From the NCBI RefSeq assembly GCF_009914755.1, contig NC_060947.1: a stretch of 64,000 bases of DNA, one strand, 5' to 3'. A model generated the notes under the pieces. It worked only from the letters and a program-made list of their open reading frames with translations. It was not told the DNA's origin and did not search any database. The translations under genes were made by a program, and so were the position numbers. Shown here one piece after another: positions 62,750-64,000 of the stretch. Source of the DNA: the human T2T-CHM13v2.0 reference genome, Homo sapiens. Within the stretch, counting starts at the first letter, position 1, and every line of letters starts with the position of its first letter.

Positions 62750-62804
62750 CCTTAGAAGTAAGACAAAATAATATATCCATAAAACCAGAGCAAGATGCTA
62801 TTTT

Positions 62805-63076
62805 TTTGTTTTTATTTGATTTACTTATTTTTTTTTTGAGACGGAGTTTCGCTCTTTCGCCCAGACTGGAGTTAAGTGGCATGATCTCGGCTCCTCAACC
62901 TTCTGAGTAGCTGGGACTACAGGCACCCGCCACTATGCCCAGCTAATTTTTGTGTTTAGTAGAGAAGGGGTTTTGCTATGTTGGCCAGGCTGGTCTTGAA
63001 CTCCTGATCTCAGGTGATTCACCAGCCTTGGCCTCCCAAAGTGCTAGGATTACAGGCGTGAGCCACCAGGACCAGC
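62805..63076 (-). mobile_element. AluS with internal deletion
   Basis: Flanks agat(g/a)ctattttt. Confidence 0.92.
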
Positions 63077-63156
63077 TTAAGATACTATTTTTTAAACAGA
63101 AAATGTGTTCTTTTATTTTTTTTTCACATTCAGGGAGCTGGGCTCCCTGTCTTATT

Positions 63157-64000
63157 CTTTTTTTTTTATTATTATACTTTAAGTTTTAGGGTGCATGTGC
63201 ACAATGTGCAGGTTAGTTACATATGTATACATGTGCCATGCTGGTGCGCTGCACCCACTAACTCGTCTTCTAGCATTAGGTATATCTCCCAATGCTATCC
63301 TTCTCCCCTCCCCCCACCCCACAACAGGCCCCAGAGTGTGATGTTCCCCTTCCTGTGTCCATGTGTTCTCATTGTTCAATTCCCACCTATGAGTGAGAAT
63401 ATGAGGTGTTTGGTTTTTTGTTCTTGCGATAGTTTACTGAGAATGATGATTTCCAATTTCATCCATGTCCCTACAAAGGACATGAACTCATCATTTTTTA
63501 TGGCTGCATAGTATTCCATGGTGTATATGTGCCACATTTTCTTAATCCAGTCTATCGTTGTTGGACATTTGGGTTGGTTCCAAGTCTTTGCTATCGTGAA
63601 TAGTGCCGCAATAAACATACGTGTGCATGTGTCTTTATAGCAGCATGATTTATAGTCCTTTGGGTATGTACCCAGTAATGGGATGGCTGGGTCAAATGGT
63701 ATTTCTAGTTCTAGATCCCTGAGGAATCGCCACACTGACTTCCACAATGGTTGAACTAGTTTCCAGTCCCACCAACAGTGTAAAAGTGTTCCTCTTTCTC
63801 CACATCCTCTCCAGCACCTGTTGTTTCCTGACTTTTTAATGATTGCCATTCTAACTGGTGTGAGATGATATCTCATTGTGGTTTTGATTTGCATTTCTCT
63901 GATGGCCAGTGATGGTGAGCATTTTTTCATGTGTTTTTGGCTGCACTTTTGAGAAGTGTCTGTTCATGTCCTTCGCCCACTTTTTGATGGGGTTGTTTGT
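63157..64000 (-). mobile_element. Young L1 (L1PA2/3-like) 3' end, runs off the window
   Basis: gttagttacat and tctagcattagg 3'UTR diagnostics; ORF2 C-terminal ORF 63376-63930. Confidence 0.93.

Overview
Primate (human-like), gene-free, repeat-saturated DNA. Almost every ORF in the track is a decayed L1, Alu or ERV reading frame, and no host protein-coding gene, RNA gene or CRISPR array can be supported. Main contents: a near full-length old L1MA-type element (about 1830-18125, minus) carrying many nested insertions; two L1PA5-like elements in inverted orientation (A 3872-10276 minus, B 44641-50262 plus); ERVL internal relics; solo LTRs; MER2 and MER1B DNA transposons; L2/MIR relics; and about 35 Alus. 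The unusual signal is architectural. (1) An inverted segmental duplication (about 28060-31640 vs 50375-59268) is about 90% identical at its outer edge but contains a 581-bp tract with one mismatch. (2) L1 A and B sit at different target sites yet share private lesions, including an 18-bp duplication and the same ORF2 stop. (3) The two inverted-repeat pairs are interleaved. (4) A perfect 70-bp-stem hairpin lies inside the ancient L1. Subfamily names come from my recall of consensus sequences, and boundaries are by eye, approximate unless a TSD is quoted.
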